Positions 52,154 to 61,171 of a DNA stretch of 64,000 nucleotides are shown here, piece by piece (the stretch's first letter is position 1; each line of letters begins with the position of its first letter). The position numbers and the translations under genes are program-made. The stretch comes from a virus: positions 16,804 to 80,803 of the IMG/VR virus record IMGVR_UViG_3300045988_109025; one strand, given 5' to 3'. The notes beneath the pieces are model-generated. The model did no database searches, was not told the origin of the DNA, and saw nothing but the letters and a program-made list of their open reading frames with translations.

Positions 52154-52831
52154 TTAAATTATAGTCACATTGTCTGGGTTGATGTGATATCTGCCGTTTC
52201 CGTTTGCTCTCTGTGTTCCGATTCCAATGTACTTTCCGCTGGTTTCAATCAGCTGTAATACTGTTTCATATGGGAATACAATGTCCGGGCAAGATACCTC
52301 AATAGTGGTTCTCCAATTATGGAACACATTGCTGCTACAAAGAACCGGGCTCGCACTGATTCCAGAAGTAGGAACGATCTTATTTACCACCTCAACAGAT
52401 TCAAAGTTTACCGGGCAAATAGAACCTTCGATTGAAAGAGAACGCTTTATATCTGTTCCTTTCTTTCCTGTGGAATCTTTGAAGAAAGTAATAAATGTTT
52501 CCGTGAATGATTTCTTGAATGCCTGGGTAAGAATGCAAGGTCTGTTGTTTGCCATGTAATCTTTCCACTCTTCCTCGGTGTAAAGGGAAATATCATCATC
52601 ATGGAAATTGATCGGTTTTTCCCAGTGAATACCAGTAATTAATCCCTCCCAAACATTCTTTGGCTGATTATAAATGGCTGGCATTTTGAAGCCCTTGTCC
52701 TTGGACTGCTTGAAGCATTCAGCCTGTTCGTAGTAACGACTTCTCTTGTGAAGAATGAGGTCTGTGTCCCCGATCAGTTCAACTCTTAATGTGGTTTCTT
52801 TTAAAGGTTCGATTGTGATGTTTTTTGCCAT
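52154..52831 (-). CDS. hypothetical protein with C-terminal Gly-rich loop
   Basis: 225-aa ORF flanked on both sides by the repeat-bearing non-coding DNA. N-terminus LRVELIGDTDLILHKRS. C-terminus GKYIGIGTQRANGNGRYHI. Confidence 0.55.
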   Translation of the reverse strand: MAKNITIEPLKETTLRVELIGDTDLILHKRSRYYEQAECFKQSKDKGFKMPAIYNQPKNVWEGLITGIHWEKPINFHDDDISLYTEEEWKDYMANNRPCILTQAFKKSFTETFITFFKDSTGKKGTDIKRSLSIEGSICPVNFESVEVVNKIVPTSGISASPVLCSSNVFHNWRTTIEVSCPDIVFPYETVLQLIETSGKYIGIGTQRANGNGRYHINPDNVTII

Positions 52832-53840
52832 GTTGCTTTCCTCCTAAATGTTGTATTGTGATTTATTGTTATTTGGTGAACATTCCTGTTCTGTTTGCGC
52901 AAACACTCAAACAGATTAGTAACGCTATGCTGTAATGTAATGTTTTGTGCTGTCATGCGCTGTTCTGTTCTGCGAAATAATCCGCTTAAATCTTTGTACA
53001 AACTCCAAATGCACTTAGCAAGCAGTAGAATGTGCTATATTTTACTGTCGTATGCTGTTCTCTATTGTGCGAAGATATAATTTTCTTAGCAGTTTTCTAC
53101 TGCCAACTAAATACACTTGGTGGCTTATCTACTCGGTAGGTAACATGAAGTGTCATGTTCTTTGATGTATTATAATTTCATATCCTTTACTATTTTGTTC
53201 TTTGGCATCTCATGCCACCTACCCAGGAGACAATTTTGTTTGGATGAGCCGCTTTATAGGCAATATAAAAGTTAGGTGTAATTATCTATAATTAGATATA
53301 TTTCACTGTGCTCTAATTTACCGCGTTATGTTTCGATATACTTTCCTAGCGATTTATACCGCCTACAAAACAGCCCATCCGGTAAGTGTTGTGTCCTGTT
53401 GTATTCTGTTTCTTGCTGTTATTATCTGGCTTATTCTTTCCTATTCTGTTTTAAGTGTTCACAACACTTGTCACTCTGCACAAACAAGAATATTTTTGAT
53501 ATAATTTAATGTATTATGCTTTCCTATCCTGCTTTTATATGTTCTATCCTATTGTTCTGCTTATGCAGACTGATAAATGCTGTGGTTTCCTACGCTCATA
53601 AACCTGTAAAAGTCTCTTGTGGTATGTTGTAGTGTAATATTTTGTACTGTTTTTTTCTAAAGTATTGTCCTGCTTTTACAGGCATATCAACGTAGGAATT
53701 TCGCCGCTACTGCACTCATGTCCCTACAAGAATAAGGTGTAACATTCTTTTCTGTCTTGTTCTGTAGTGCCCTGTTATGTCGTGTTCTGCATTATGTTCC
53801 CACTCTTGCAGGCATATCAGCACAGTAACGGCATTCATGT
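52832..53840. repeat. ~1 kb gene-free array of degenerate ~95-130-nt units, A-poor on the plus strand
   Basis: There are recurrent cctgttctgt / gctgttctgttctg / tgtcctgttgt / tgtcctgctt / tgccctgttat motifs. An exact 11-mer, CAGGCATATCA, occurs at 53679 and 53809. TATAAT-like elements recur at about 53076, 53170, 53287, 53500 and 53634. No credible ORF is present. Confidence 0.6.
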
Positions 53841-54287
53841 TTAATTAATCAATTCCCAAACTTCTTCGTATTCGGAAATATTCTGGTATTTCTGTTTCAC
53901 TGACAGAAGTTCGTTTCGGCAACGCTCTAAAAGTGCTTCGTATTCATCTGGCTGTTTTAAAATAAGCTGTGTTGGCTTATATCCGCTTTTGCCATCTGTT
54001 TTGTAAAACACTCGAATTGCTGTCGGTTTTTGTTTGTTATCAATATCCTGTTCCACGATTTTTAACTGACAAACAATCTGTCTGGCTTCGTGGATTCTGT
54101 ATTTTTCAGCCGCTATGGAATCATCCCATGTGAAGCACTTATGTAATTCTGTACTTTCGTCCCTTGCTTTCTCAAGAATCTGCTGTGGTGTAGCTGATTC
54201 CATCTGATCGCAAATTTCCATGATTTCAGACGCACATTTTGTAGCATCTGCCTTGAAAAAATTTTTTTCCCATGTTGCTGTTAGCAT
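53841..54287 (-). CDS. hypothetical protein
   Basis: The track ORF is 53841..54413. The internal ATG at 54287 (MLTATWEKNFF...) has a strong GGAGGGG RBS. It contains the motif FTWDDSIAAEKYRIHEARQ. Confidence 0.5.
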   Translation of the reverse strand: MLTATWEKNFFKADATKCASEIMEICDQMESATPQQILEKARDESTELHKCFTWDDSIAAEKYRIHEARQIVCQLKIVEQDIDNKQKPTAIRVFYKTDGKSGYKPTQLILKQPDEYEALLERCRNELLSVKQKYQNISEYEEVWELIN

Positions 54288-54444
54288 TTTCCCCTCCTGT
54301 TTCTGCATAGGTGCCTGTGTATAGCAATGAAAGATGTTCTGTATTGTCTTGTTCTCTGATTTTCCGTTCTTTATAATCATATATTTCGGTATAGTGGCAA
54401 CTTTCATTGCCATACAACGACACCTATGCTTTTTGACTTTTTAT

Positions 54445-56472
54445 TTAAATTTTTCTCACTCTCAAATCATCGTCCGACACTCTTAATACAATCATCTGCT
54501 GTTCAACCCTAGGAAGTCTGGCTGCGTTTACGCTCTCGCTGTTGTCAACAAAAATCGGCAAATTCAAACTGTTCAAAGCCTGTAAACCTCTAAGCAAATC
54601 AATGTCGCACAAGATTTTGTCAGAATAATTCAAGCCATCAAAGTAATTCACTCCATTACAGATCATCTTGCAAGTTTCCACTGGATTTCCCTCAATCGTG
54701 TAATCAAGGAAACTGAACTGGAAATGGTGGAAAAATGGATTGATTTTCTCTGCCAGTGCCTTATTCTTCTGAATTGAGAAGTTAAGAACGGTATCAATGT
54801 TCTTTTCGATATCAGCTTGTACCTGTCCAAGGTTTTTCAGTTCCTCATTCAGTTCGGCTACTCGCTTTTCTTTCTCTGTGACTGCTGCCTGTGCAATCTT
54901 AATGTCTGCATCCACATTGGAAATCTGTTTCATAACATTGCTGATCTGAACTCTCAATTCCTGTTTATTTCCAGGAACATCTTCAAATGATTTCAGTTTC
55001 TCTTCAAGATCTGCAATTCTCGCTGTAACCGCAAGATATTCTTCATCATTTGTCATATCTACAGATTCCGGAAGCTCCACAAACTTGGACTGTTCTTCCT
55101 CAATCTGTTTAGTGAGTTCAGCAACTTCATCCTGTGCTGCGCCGATTTCCGACTGTAATTTGTTGATTTCCTCGTTAGTTTTCTTTAATTTCGCAGCGGA
55201 AGTATTTCCAAGGTCGCAGACATATTTAAGATTGTTCTGCTTTTCTGATTCAAAGAACTCTTTTCCTTTCAACTGTGCTTCAATTCGGGCTTTCTTTTTT
55301 TCTTCAAAGGAAGCTCTCAATTCGGAAACCTGTTCTTCTGGCAGTTCTTGTCCACAGGTCGGGCAAATGGTATCAGAATCGCTGAATGCTTCATCTTCAA
55401 TAGATTTTAGTTCAGAATCATCCCACTCCATTTCTTTGATTCTCGGATAGTCCTGTCTGGCTCTATCCAAGTCAGCTTTTGCTTGTTGTCCAGCTCTTGT
55501 GCGGTTGTCCAGTTCCATTCCCAACATTCTGATAGCTGATTCTTTTTCTATTTTCTTTTTTGCAAGGTCATAATATACATTCATAATGGCTGCTTTCTTG
55601 TCTTTCAGCTCTTTATCTGCCTTGCTAACAAGTCCATCCTTTGAAGATTTCAGCCCTCGGATTTCATATGAAAGACTGTTATATCCTTTTACAGAATCTT
55701 CAAGAATCCCTTCCTGTTCTTCCAGTTTGGAAAGTTCCGCATTAAGCTCCTGTTTTTTGGATTCTAAGGAGGAAGTATCTTCTGCTTCAACGCTTCGATT
55801 GGTTTCATATGCAATCTCCGTGTTTTTGGCATCCACCTTTTTCTTCTGTGCATTCAGTTCCTTTCGGAGCTTCTTCAAGGTATCCTCTACGGAATGCCCT
55901 TTTGTGATTTCTTCCACATGAGCGTACTGTGGATTTTCTTCCATAAACTGTGCAATATCAAAACCAGACATCTTTTCCAGTACCTTCCTGGATTCTGCGG
56001 TTGACTTCTGTAATGTGTCCAGAAATGGTTTTGGATTACTGCACATCAGAAGCGTTGAAGGCTCTGCTATTGACTGGATGAACTCGGTATAATCCTTTGA
56101 TTTAGCCGGGAATCCGTCAATTTCATAAGAAGTTTCATTTCCATCGAATACCTCTTCAGACTGCCCTCTCGGTTTTCTCCACTTCTGCTTTGTGATTTTG
56201 CGGATTACTTTTTCTTTCCCATCAATCGCAAGTGTAAGTTCTCTTACAACATCAACCTTTGGCACTTCCACACCATTTTCTTTTCTGCGAATAGAAGTAG
56301 GTTCTGTACCATTCGCCATCTTTCCTGTCAGAACGTCCAAATATGCGTCCTGCAATGTGGATTTTCCTTCTCTGTTTCTGCCAGAAATCTCTGTTCTAGG
56401 AAACAAATCTACAGACTTACTCGGAAACTTCTTGTAATTCTCCAACGAAATCTTTTTTACTTCCACCTTCAT
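54445..56472 (-). CDS. SMC/Rad50/SbcC-like coiled-coil ATPase
   Basis: 675 aa. N-terminal P-loop ISGRNREGKST, a very long coiled coil with a central CPTCGQELPEE zinc-hook-like motif, and a C-terminal ATPase lobe. Confidence 0.75.
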   Translation of the reverse strand: MKVEVKKISLENYKKFPSKSVDLFPRTEISGRNREGKSTLQDAYLDVLTGKMANGTEPTSIRRKENGVEVPKVDVVRELTLAIDGKEKVIRKITKQKWRKPRGQSEEVFDGNETSYEIDGFPAKSKDYTEFIQSIAEPSTLLMCSNPKPFLDTLQKSTAESRKVLEKMSGFDIAQFMEENPQYAHVEEITKGHSVEDTLKKLRKELNAQKKKVDAKNTEIAYETNRSVEAEDTSSLESKKQELNAELSKLEEQEGILEDSVKGYNSLSYEIRGLKSSKDGLVSKADKELKDKKAAIMNVYYDLAKKKIEKESAIRMLGMELDNRTRAGQQAKADLDRARQDYPRIKEMEWDDSELKSIEDEAFSDSDTICPTCGQELPEEQVSELRASFEEKKKARIEAQLKGKEFFESEKQNNLKYVCDLGNTSAAKLKKTNEEINKLQSEIGAAQDEVAELTKQIEEEQSKFVELPESVDMTNDEEYLAVTARIADLEEKLKSFEDVPGNKQELRVQISNVMKQISNVDADIKIAQAAVTEKEKRVAELNEELKNLGQVQADIEKNIDTVLNFSIQKNKALAEKINPFFHHFQFSFLDYTIEGNPVETCKMICNGVNYFDGLNYSDKILCDIDLLRGLQALNSLNLPIFVDNSESVNAARLPRVEQQMIVLRVSDDDLRVRKI

Positions 56473-57073
56473 GCTCGATTATCCTCCCTATTGATACCTC
56501 ATATGCAGTTCTAAGCTCTACTTCATCACCAGATAAATTTTTATGATAAATCCGGCTCTGTATTCTTCCGATTATTTTTACGAAATCTCCAACCTTGAAA
56601 TCAGCAGCTTCTCTGGCTTCTTTCCACCATGCTACACATGGGATATAATCCGTTCTTCGCAAGTCATATTCATTGCAAGCGATCATCAAATCACATACTT
56701 CTTTTCCTCTTGGTGTTCTTCTGTATACAGGTGGCTTGCAAAGATACCCTTCCAGAATGAGTTTATTTTCATCGTTTGCTCGTTCATTTCCATAAGAGAT
56801 TATTCTTTCTTTGATTTCAAGAATTAAATGACTTTTTCCATTTTCATGTTTGTTAGAAGAAATATATCTTCCTTCGATATAAACGCGTCCTCCTATCGGA
56901 AAAGCATCTGCCAGCCCTTCTCGAACTATAACTGGAAGTAAATCAACTGCCCCACTAGTTCGTTTTACTCCAATGTAAATTCTTTTGAACTTTTTACCAT
57001 CCTTAAAAATTACATCTGGCTGAATGTCCATTATTGCGCCAAATATCTGAACTTCATTCTTATTATTCTTCAT
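56417..57073 (-). CDS. tandem OB-fold (SSB-like) protein, paralog B
   Basis: 218 aa with two OB-like halves. The second half, LILEGYLCKPPVYRRTPRGKEVCDLMIA...DYIPCVAWWKEAREAADFKVGDFVKIIGRIQSR, is SSB-like. It is a paralog of 57063..57680. Confidence 0.55.
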   Translation of the reverse strand: MKNNKNEVQIFGAIMDIQPDVIFKDGKKFKRIYIGVKRTSGAVDLLPVIVREGLADAFPIGGRVYIEGRYISSNKHENGKSHLILEIKERIISYGNERANDENKLILEGYLCKPPVYRRTPRGKEVCDLMIACNEYDLRRTDYIPCVAWWKEAREAADFKVGDFVKIIGRIQSRIYHKNLSGDEVELRTAYEVSIGRIIEHEGGSKKDFVGELQEVSE

Positions 57074-57680
57074 CCTCCAATTTCTCCATTTCTTTTACGG
57101 AAATCTCATATACACTTTCCGTTTCTTCCCCATTAACATAAACATCACGGCTCATTAACCTTCCGGTTACTTTAATGTAATCATTCCTTTTAACATCTAC
57201 CGCCAGATCAGCACCTTTTCCCCATAAAGTACAGCGAATAAAGTCTGCTCTTTCCGAATAATCCCTTGGAATTGCCACGAAAAGATTTGAAACTTTTCTG
57301 TGCGTTACTGATGTAAGCTTTGCATATGGTTCTTTCGTACAACTTCTGGCAATAAACTCTACTTCGTTTATATCGCCCTCCGGAACCTGTTCATCCAGGA
57401 TTTTCACTTCATCAGCTGCGATATAATTAACATTGTGGTGCTTATTTGGATTTTTAGAAGTGTCCATGCTTCTGATTGCTCCTGTTACCACAACTTCTTT
57501 TCCGCTGTAATCGTAGTCACGAACAATGGAATCTTCTATAACGATGGGGAACATATCCACTGCACCGCTTTTACGAATGACTGTTAGCATGAATTTGTAA
57601 TAGTATCTTCCGTAATGTTCGTGGCTAAATACTATTTCCCCGGCTCTGCCGGATAATCTTACTTTATTTAATCTTTGCAT
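57063..57680 (-). CDS. tandem OB-fold (SSB-like) protein, paralog A
   Basis: 205 aa: VRLSGRAGEIVFSHE...SGAVDMFPIVIED... then ADFIRCTLWGKGADLAVDVKRNDYIKVTGRLMSR. The layout matches the downstream paralog. Confidence 0.55.
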   Translation of the reverse strand: MQRLNKVRLSGRAGEIVFSHEHYGRYYYKFMLTVIRKSGAVDMFPIVIEDSIVRDYDYSGKEVVVTGAIRSMDTSKNPNKHHNVNYIAADEVKILDEQVPEGDINEVEFIARSCTKEPYAKLTSVTHRKVSNLFVAIPRDYSERADFIRCTLWGKGADLAVDVKRNDYIKVTGRLMSRDVYVNGEETESVYEISVKEMEKLEDEE

Positions 57681-57857
57681 TTACTTTTCCTCCATTTCTA
57701 ATATAATAGGAAGAAACACCATTGAGAATAAGACTGTTGATACAAAGAACACCCCGATAGCATCAAATGATGTAAACATCCATGTGATTGAGAAGATTAC
57801 TGTAAACATCCCTATTCCTACAAATATTTCTCCTATTGTCTTTACCACCTCTTTCAT
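57681..57857 (-). CDS. 58-aa two-TM membrane mini-protein
   Basis: Manual translation gives MKEVVKTIGEIFVGIGMFTVIFSITWMFTSFDAIGVFFVSTVLFSMVFLPIILEMEEK. Its stop abuts the next ATG. Confidence 0.45.
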   Translation of the reverse strand: MKEVVKTIGEIFVGIGMFTVIFSITWMFTSFDAIGVFFVSTVLFSMVFLPIILEMEEK

Positions 57858-57864
57858 TTTGTCC

Positions 57865-57999
57865 TCACTTTCTTCTGGATGTGGTTACTGCAAGTGCAGT
57901 TGCCAGAATAGCGATAATTACATTTCTTGCCATCAGCTTTTCTTCCAGATCAGCAATGATTTCACTGGAAAGTGGCTGATTTTCGCCATTTTTTTGCAT
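57865..57999 (-). CDS. 44-aa membrane-anchored mini-protein
   Basis: Manual translation gives MQKNGENQPLSSEIIADLEEKLMARNVIIAILATALAVTTSRRK. GGAGG RBS. Confidence 0.4.
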   Translation of the reverse strand: MQKNGENQPLSSEIIADLEEKLMARNVIIAILATALAVTTSRRK

Positions 58000-58127
58000 A
58001 AAAAGTCCTCCTGTTATATTTTTGTTTGTCAAATACAGGAGGTTGTGTTATAATAATCCTGTATTTAACTAACTCATTCTTAGTTAGATACCGTCCTGGT
58101 TGGTGTGTCAGCACCTTCCAGGGCAAC

Positions 58128-58310
58128 TTAATTCTCTTTTGTTTCTGGCTTTTCATTAAGCCCAAGCATTGCAAGACAAATCTGCTTTTCGAGAAGCGTT
58201 CCTTGCTGGCTATTTGCATACGCTTCAAATGCTTTCAATCTTCCGATTAAAACTGCGTATTCCTCATTTGCGTTCTCTGGTACAAAATCTGTGCTTTTAG
58301 TTTCTCCCAT
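58128..58310 (-). CDS. hypothetical protein
   Basis: 60-aa track ORF. Its ATG is 3 nt after the upstream stop. Confidence 0.45.
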   Translation of the reverse strand: MGETKSTDFVPENANEEYAVLIGRLKAFEAYANSQQGTLLEKQICLAMLGLNEKPETKEN

Positions 58311-58312
58311 TT

Positions 58313-58600
58313 CTAGTCCTCCTCTTTTGCTCCAAATGTTTTAAGCATTTCTTCCAGAAGCGACACAATCGGAATAATTGCATCTACCTGTTTGAACTTT
58401 TTCTTGATTTCTTTGTCAAGTTCTTCCTCGTTCATAAGACCATGCTCGAATGAATGTCTAAGCTGCTCTTTTACTTTTTCCTCTTCTCCACCATCTTTTA
58501 CGAACATCTCTTTAATTTCATGGGTGATAACTGCATACTCTGAAAGAATATCAATCCCTTTGCCGGAAATGTTAACTAAACCGTTTTCAAATTTAATCAT
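58313..58600 (-). CDS. hypothetical protein
   Basis: 95-aa track ORF. Confidence 0.5.
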   Translation of the reverse strand: MIKFENGLVNISGKGIDILSEYAVITHEIKEMFVKDGGEEEKVKEQLRHSFEHGLMNEEELDKEIKKKFKQVDAIIPIVSLLEEMLKTFGAKEED

Positions 58601-58674
58601 TGTTTTTCCTCCCTGTTTTCTTTTATTCTCTCCTTCTGAATGGTATAATGTGTTCAGAAAGGAGGTGTGTTAAA

Positions 58675-58890
58675 ATGTTTCTACAAATAAAAGTTTCTTG
58701 TAACTGTCGTTGTAGCTACTACTTGAATGAAGCAATAAGTGCGGATAAAATTTCGTGTCCAAACTGTGGCAAAGAACATCCGTATTCAAAAGAAATTCTT
58801 TCAATGCTTCATACCGCAAATGAAATTCAAGATGTATTTGATTCTGACGGTTTTGATATTAAAGGCATTACCACAGAAGTCATTCTTTGA
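58675..58890 (+). CDS. zinc-ribbon mini-protein (plus strand)
   Basis: ATG at 58675 follows an AGGAGG RBS and an extended -10 (TGGTATAAT, 58641-58649). MFLQIKVSCNCRCSYY...CPNCGKEHPY. Confidence 0.55.
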   Translation: MFLQIKVSCNCRCSYYLNEAISADKISCPNCGKEHPYSKEILSMLHTANEIQDVFDSDGFDIKGITTEVIL

Positions 58891-59098
58891 CTGGAATATA
58901 TGAAAGCTCTTCGATAACCAACTTCATAAATTCTAAAAAACCCTTTGTTTCAGTAACGGACAGATGGCATTCGGCAATTTCATCCTTTACCTTTTTGTAA
59001 AGTTCATCTGCTTTCTGTCCGTTTCTTCTTCTGAACTCTAAATATTTTTGTCCCTCACGGCTTGACATCTTTTCAGATAAATATTCTTCAAAATTCAT
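58880..59098 (-). CDS. hypothetical protein
   Basis: Internal ATG at 59098 (MNFEEYLSEKMSS...) with a GGGGAGGG RBS. Confidence 0.5.
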   Translation of the reverse strand: MNFEEYLSEKMSSREGQKYLEFRRRNGQKADELYKKVKDEIAECHLSVTETKGFLEFMKLVIEELSYIPVKE

Positions 59099-59120
59099 TA
59101 TGTTTCCCTCCCCATAATTT

Positions 59121-59294
59121 CTAATCATCAATTGAGTTTTGAACAGCAGAAGTAATTCCATCAGAAACACATTTTGAAATGCTTTTCCCATCAATATTAG
59201 TTTCAAAAATACGTTTCTTTTTAGAGGGCTCCAGGATATTATGAATAGCTTGGAGTTCTTTTAATATTTCGACAAGAATCTCTTTTTCTTTCAA
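59121..59294 (-). CDS. hypothetical 57-aa protein
   Basis: TTG start at 59294 overlaps the upstream TGA, after a GGAGG RBS. Manual translation only. Confidence 0.3.
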   Translation of the reverse strand: MKEKEILVEILKELQAIHNILEPSKKKRIFETNIDGKSISKCVSDGITSAVQNSIDD

Positions 59295-59935
59295 CTTGCA
59301 TCCTCCTGTCCTAAAAACTTATTCACGAAATATAGCTGTCCGCGACCGTCTTTAATCCTTTTCTTGACTTCATTTATGAACGTGTCCTCGCTTATATGCA
59401 AATACTTGTACGCAGTGCTCTTTGACATTTTTACTTCTTCGCACCATTCGGAAATATTCAATTTTATTCCAAATATCTCCAAATATCTTGTTTTTCTTTG
59501 GTGCTTTCTATTAAAGGTCTTACTTACCCACCTACAATTTTCTGGGCAGTATCCTTTTTCGTTGTCAATCCTGTCAATTTCTAAGCCATCCGCATATCCA
59601 TTAGACATTGCCCAATTGTGAAAATTCTCAAAGCTAAGCCATTCATCACAAATCTTTATTCCTCTTCCACCGTAATTTTTATACGATATAGCATTTGAGT
59701 TGAGACATCTTGCTTTCATTCCATTCCATATGATAAGAGTTCTTGGGCTTCCACCTGTCGTTATTCCGTGGCGTTCCAATTCATTCACATGAATTTCTCT
59801 GGCATAGCAACCACAGGATTTTGATTTACCCTGAATCAATTTTCCGCTGGGAACAATGTGCTCATTTCCACAATCACACTTGCATATCCACAAAATGTTT
59901 CCATATTTATTTTTTCCAGCAGGTCTTATGGCCAC
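59291..59935 (-). CDS. AP2/HNH-associated DNA-binding protein (homing-endonuclease-like)
   Basis: 214 aa. WNGMKARCLNSNAISYKNYGGRGIKICDEW...IDRIDNEKGYCPENCRWVS is a pattern common in phage AP2-domain/HNH-like proteins. Confidence 0.55.
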   Translation of the reverse strand: MAIRPAGKNKYGNILWICKCDCGNEHIVPSGKLIQGKSKSCGCYAREIHVNELERHGITTGGSPRTLIIWNGMKARCLNSNAISYKNYGGRGIKICDEWLSFENFHNWAMSNGYADGLEIDRIDNEKGYCPENCRWVSKTFNRKHQRKTRYLEIFGIKLNISEWCEEVKMSKSTAYKYLHISEDTFINEVKKRIKDGRGQLYFVNKFLGQEDAS

Positions 59936-59954
59936 TTGTCTTCCAAACCTGCAA

Positions 59955-60737
59955 TCAGTCAGATCTTTCAGATCCTTTACCTCCTAAGAATTTGTTAATA
60001 AAATAAATTTGTGCTTTCCCTGTCGCTTTTGGTGTCCTCGTCGTTACATTGCATCCGTTCCCATTAATATGAGTGCTTTCTTTGATTTCAAAAAGTCCCA
60101 TTTCGATCGACTTCTGAGTTGGCATATTCCAGTCGGCACCTTTTCGTTTTATCAGATAACCATTTTCTCTCATCCACTGGAATAATCGTTTCTGCCCTAT
60201 CTGATATCCATTCTGGCAGATAAGTTTTGCCAAATCCCCGATAAGGATTGAAGTGTGGCTAGTTGATACCGCATCTGCAAAGATCGTTTTCGGCTTGTCT
60301 GCTTCAATTTTTAGTCTTTGCTTTTCGATAATCTTGTCTCTCTCTGCGATTTTCTTCTGCGCTACCAGAATTGCTTTCGCCATCAATTCTTCATCAGAAA
60401 GTGTTTCTTGTCCTGCAATGTAACCACCGTTCTTTCGGATGGATGGTATAACTTCATCAAACACCCATCTTTCAAACTTCTCTGCGGACGGAAGTTTGCT
60501 CCTTGAAATTAATCGGTAAACATCACCTTCTGGTATAACTTTTACTTCCTGTTCTCCACCCTCTGTAAGGTATCGGTGTTTTACCGACCCCTTGCAATGT
60601 GCAGTAACTGCATCAGCAGGTCTTTTATATCCCAGTGATTTTGCTACATCATTTGCAACAAAATACGGTTTACCATCAATCTCTACCGTCCGAATATCTC
60701 CGAACTCTGGCGAATTAAAAATCTGTAATTCGTTCAT
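59955..60737 (-). CDS. antirepressor (Bro-N + KilAC-like)
   Basis: 260 aa. N-terminus MNELQIFNSPEFGDIRTVEIDGKPYFVANDVAKSLGY (Bro-N). The C-terminal half is KilAC/Ant-like. Confidence 0.8.
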   Translation of the reverse strand: MNELQIFNSPEFGDIRTVEIDGKPYFVANDVAKSLGYKRPADAVTAHCKGSVKHRYLTEGGEQEVKVIPEGDVYRLISRSKLPSAEKFERWVFDEVIPSIRKNGGYIAGQETLSDEELMAKAILVAQKKIAERDKIIEKQRLKIEADKPKTIFADAVSTSHTSILIGDLAKLICQNGYQIGQKRLFQWMRENGYLIKRKGADWNMPTQKSIEMGLFEIKESTHINGNGCNVTTRTPKATGKAQIYFINKFLGGKGSERSD

Positions 60738-60785
60738 TATTCTCCTTTCTGTGTTATAATCTCCTTTAGGAAGGAGGTGTTAATA

Positions 60786-60965
60786 ATGGATAACTTTCAA
60801 ATTGCTCACGACTTGGCTGTTGCCAAAGCAGTTAAGGAAGGTTCTGACGCAAACGAAATTCTCGATTTATACCACACATACAATGATGAATTTCTTACCT
60901 TGTTAAGCAAAGAACCTGTCAAAGTTGGAAAAGCAACTGCAACAGAATACCCATCAGCTAAATAA
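60786..60965 (+). CDS. hypothetical mini-protein (plus strand)
   Basis: ATG at 60786 follows a GGAGG RBS and TGTTATAAT (-10 at 60755-60760). Confidence 0.45.
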   Translation: MDNFQIAHDLAVAKAVKEGSDANEILDLYHTYNDEFLTLLSKEPVKVGKATATEYPSAK

Positions 60966-60979
60966 TTATCTGGTGTGCT

Positions 60980-61159
60980 TTATGTAATCTCTTTTACATA
61001 GAGCACATCTACTGGGTTAAACTTCAAGCAATATTGCTTTCCCTCATCATCCCATTCTAAGCGTATCAGTTGATCTCTAATATCTGGTTTCACAATATCA
61101 TCCGGGAACACGCACGGAATTTCGATTGTTTCCCCATTTTTAAATTTGATAATTGTCAT
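60980..61159 (-). CDS. hypothetical 59-aa protein
   Basis: Manual translation gives MTIIKFKNGETIEIPCVFPDDIV.... GGAGGTGGG RBS. Confidence 0.45.
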   Translation of the reverse strand: MTIIKFKNGETIEIPCVFPDDIVKPDIRDQLIRLEWDDEGKQYCLKFNPVDVLYVKEIT

Positions 61160-61171
61160 ATTCCCACCTCC

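Noticed and set aside
52832-53840. Possible CRISPR array.
   Set aside because: The repeats are degenerate and of variable spacing. No exact 25-40-nt direct repeat is present, and there are no cas genes in the window.
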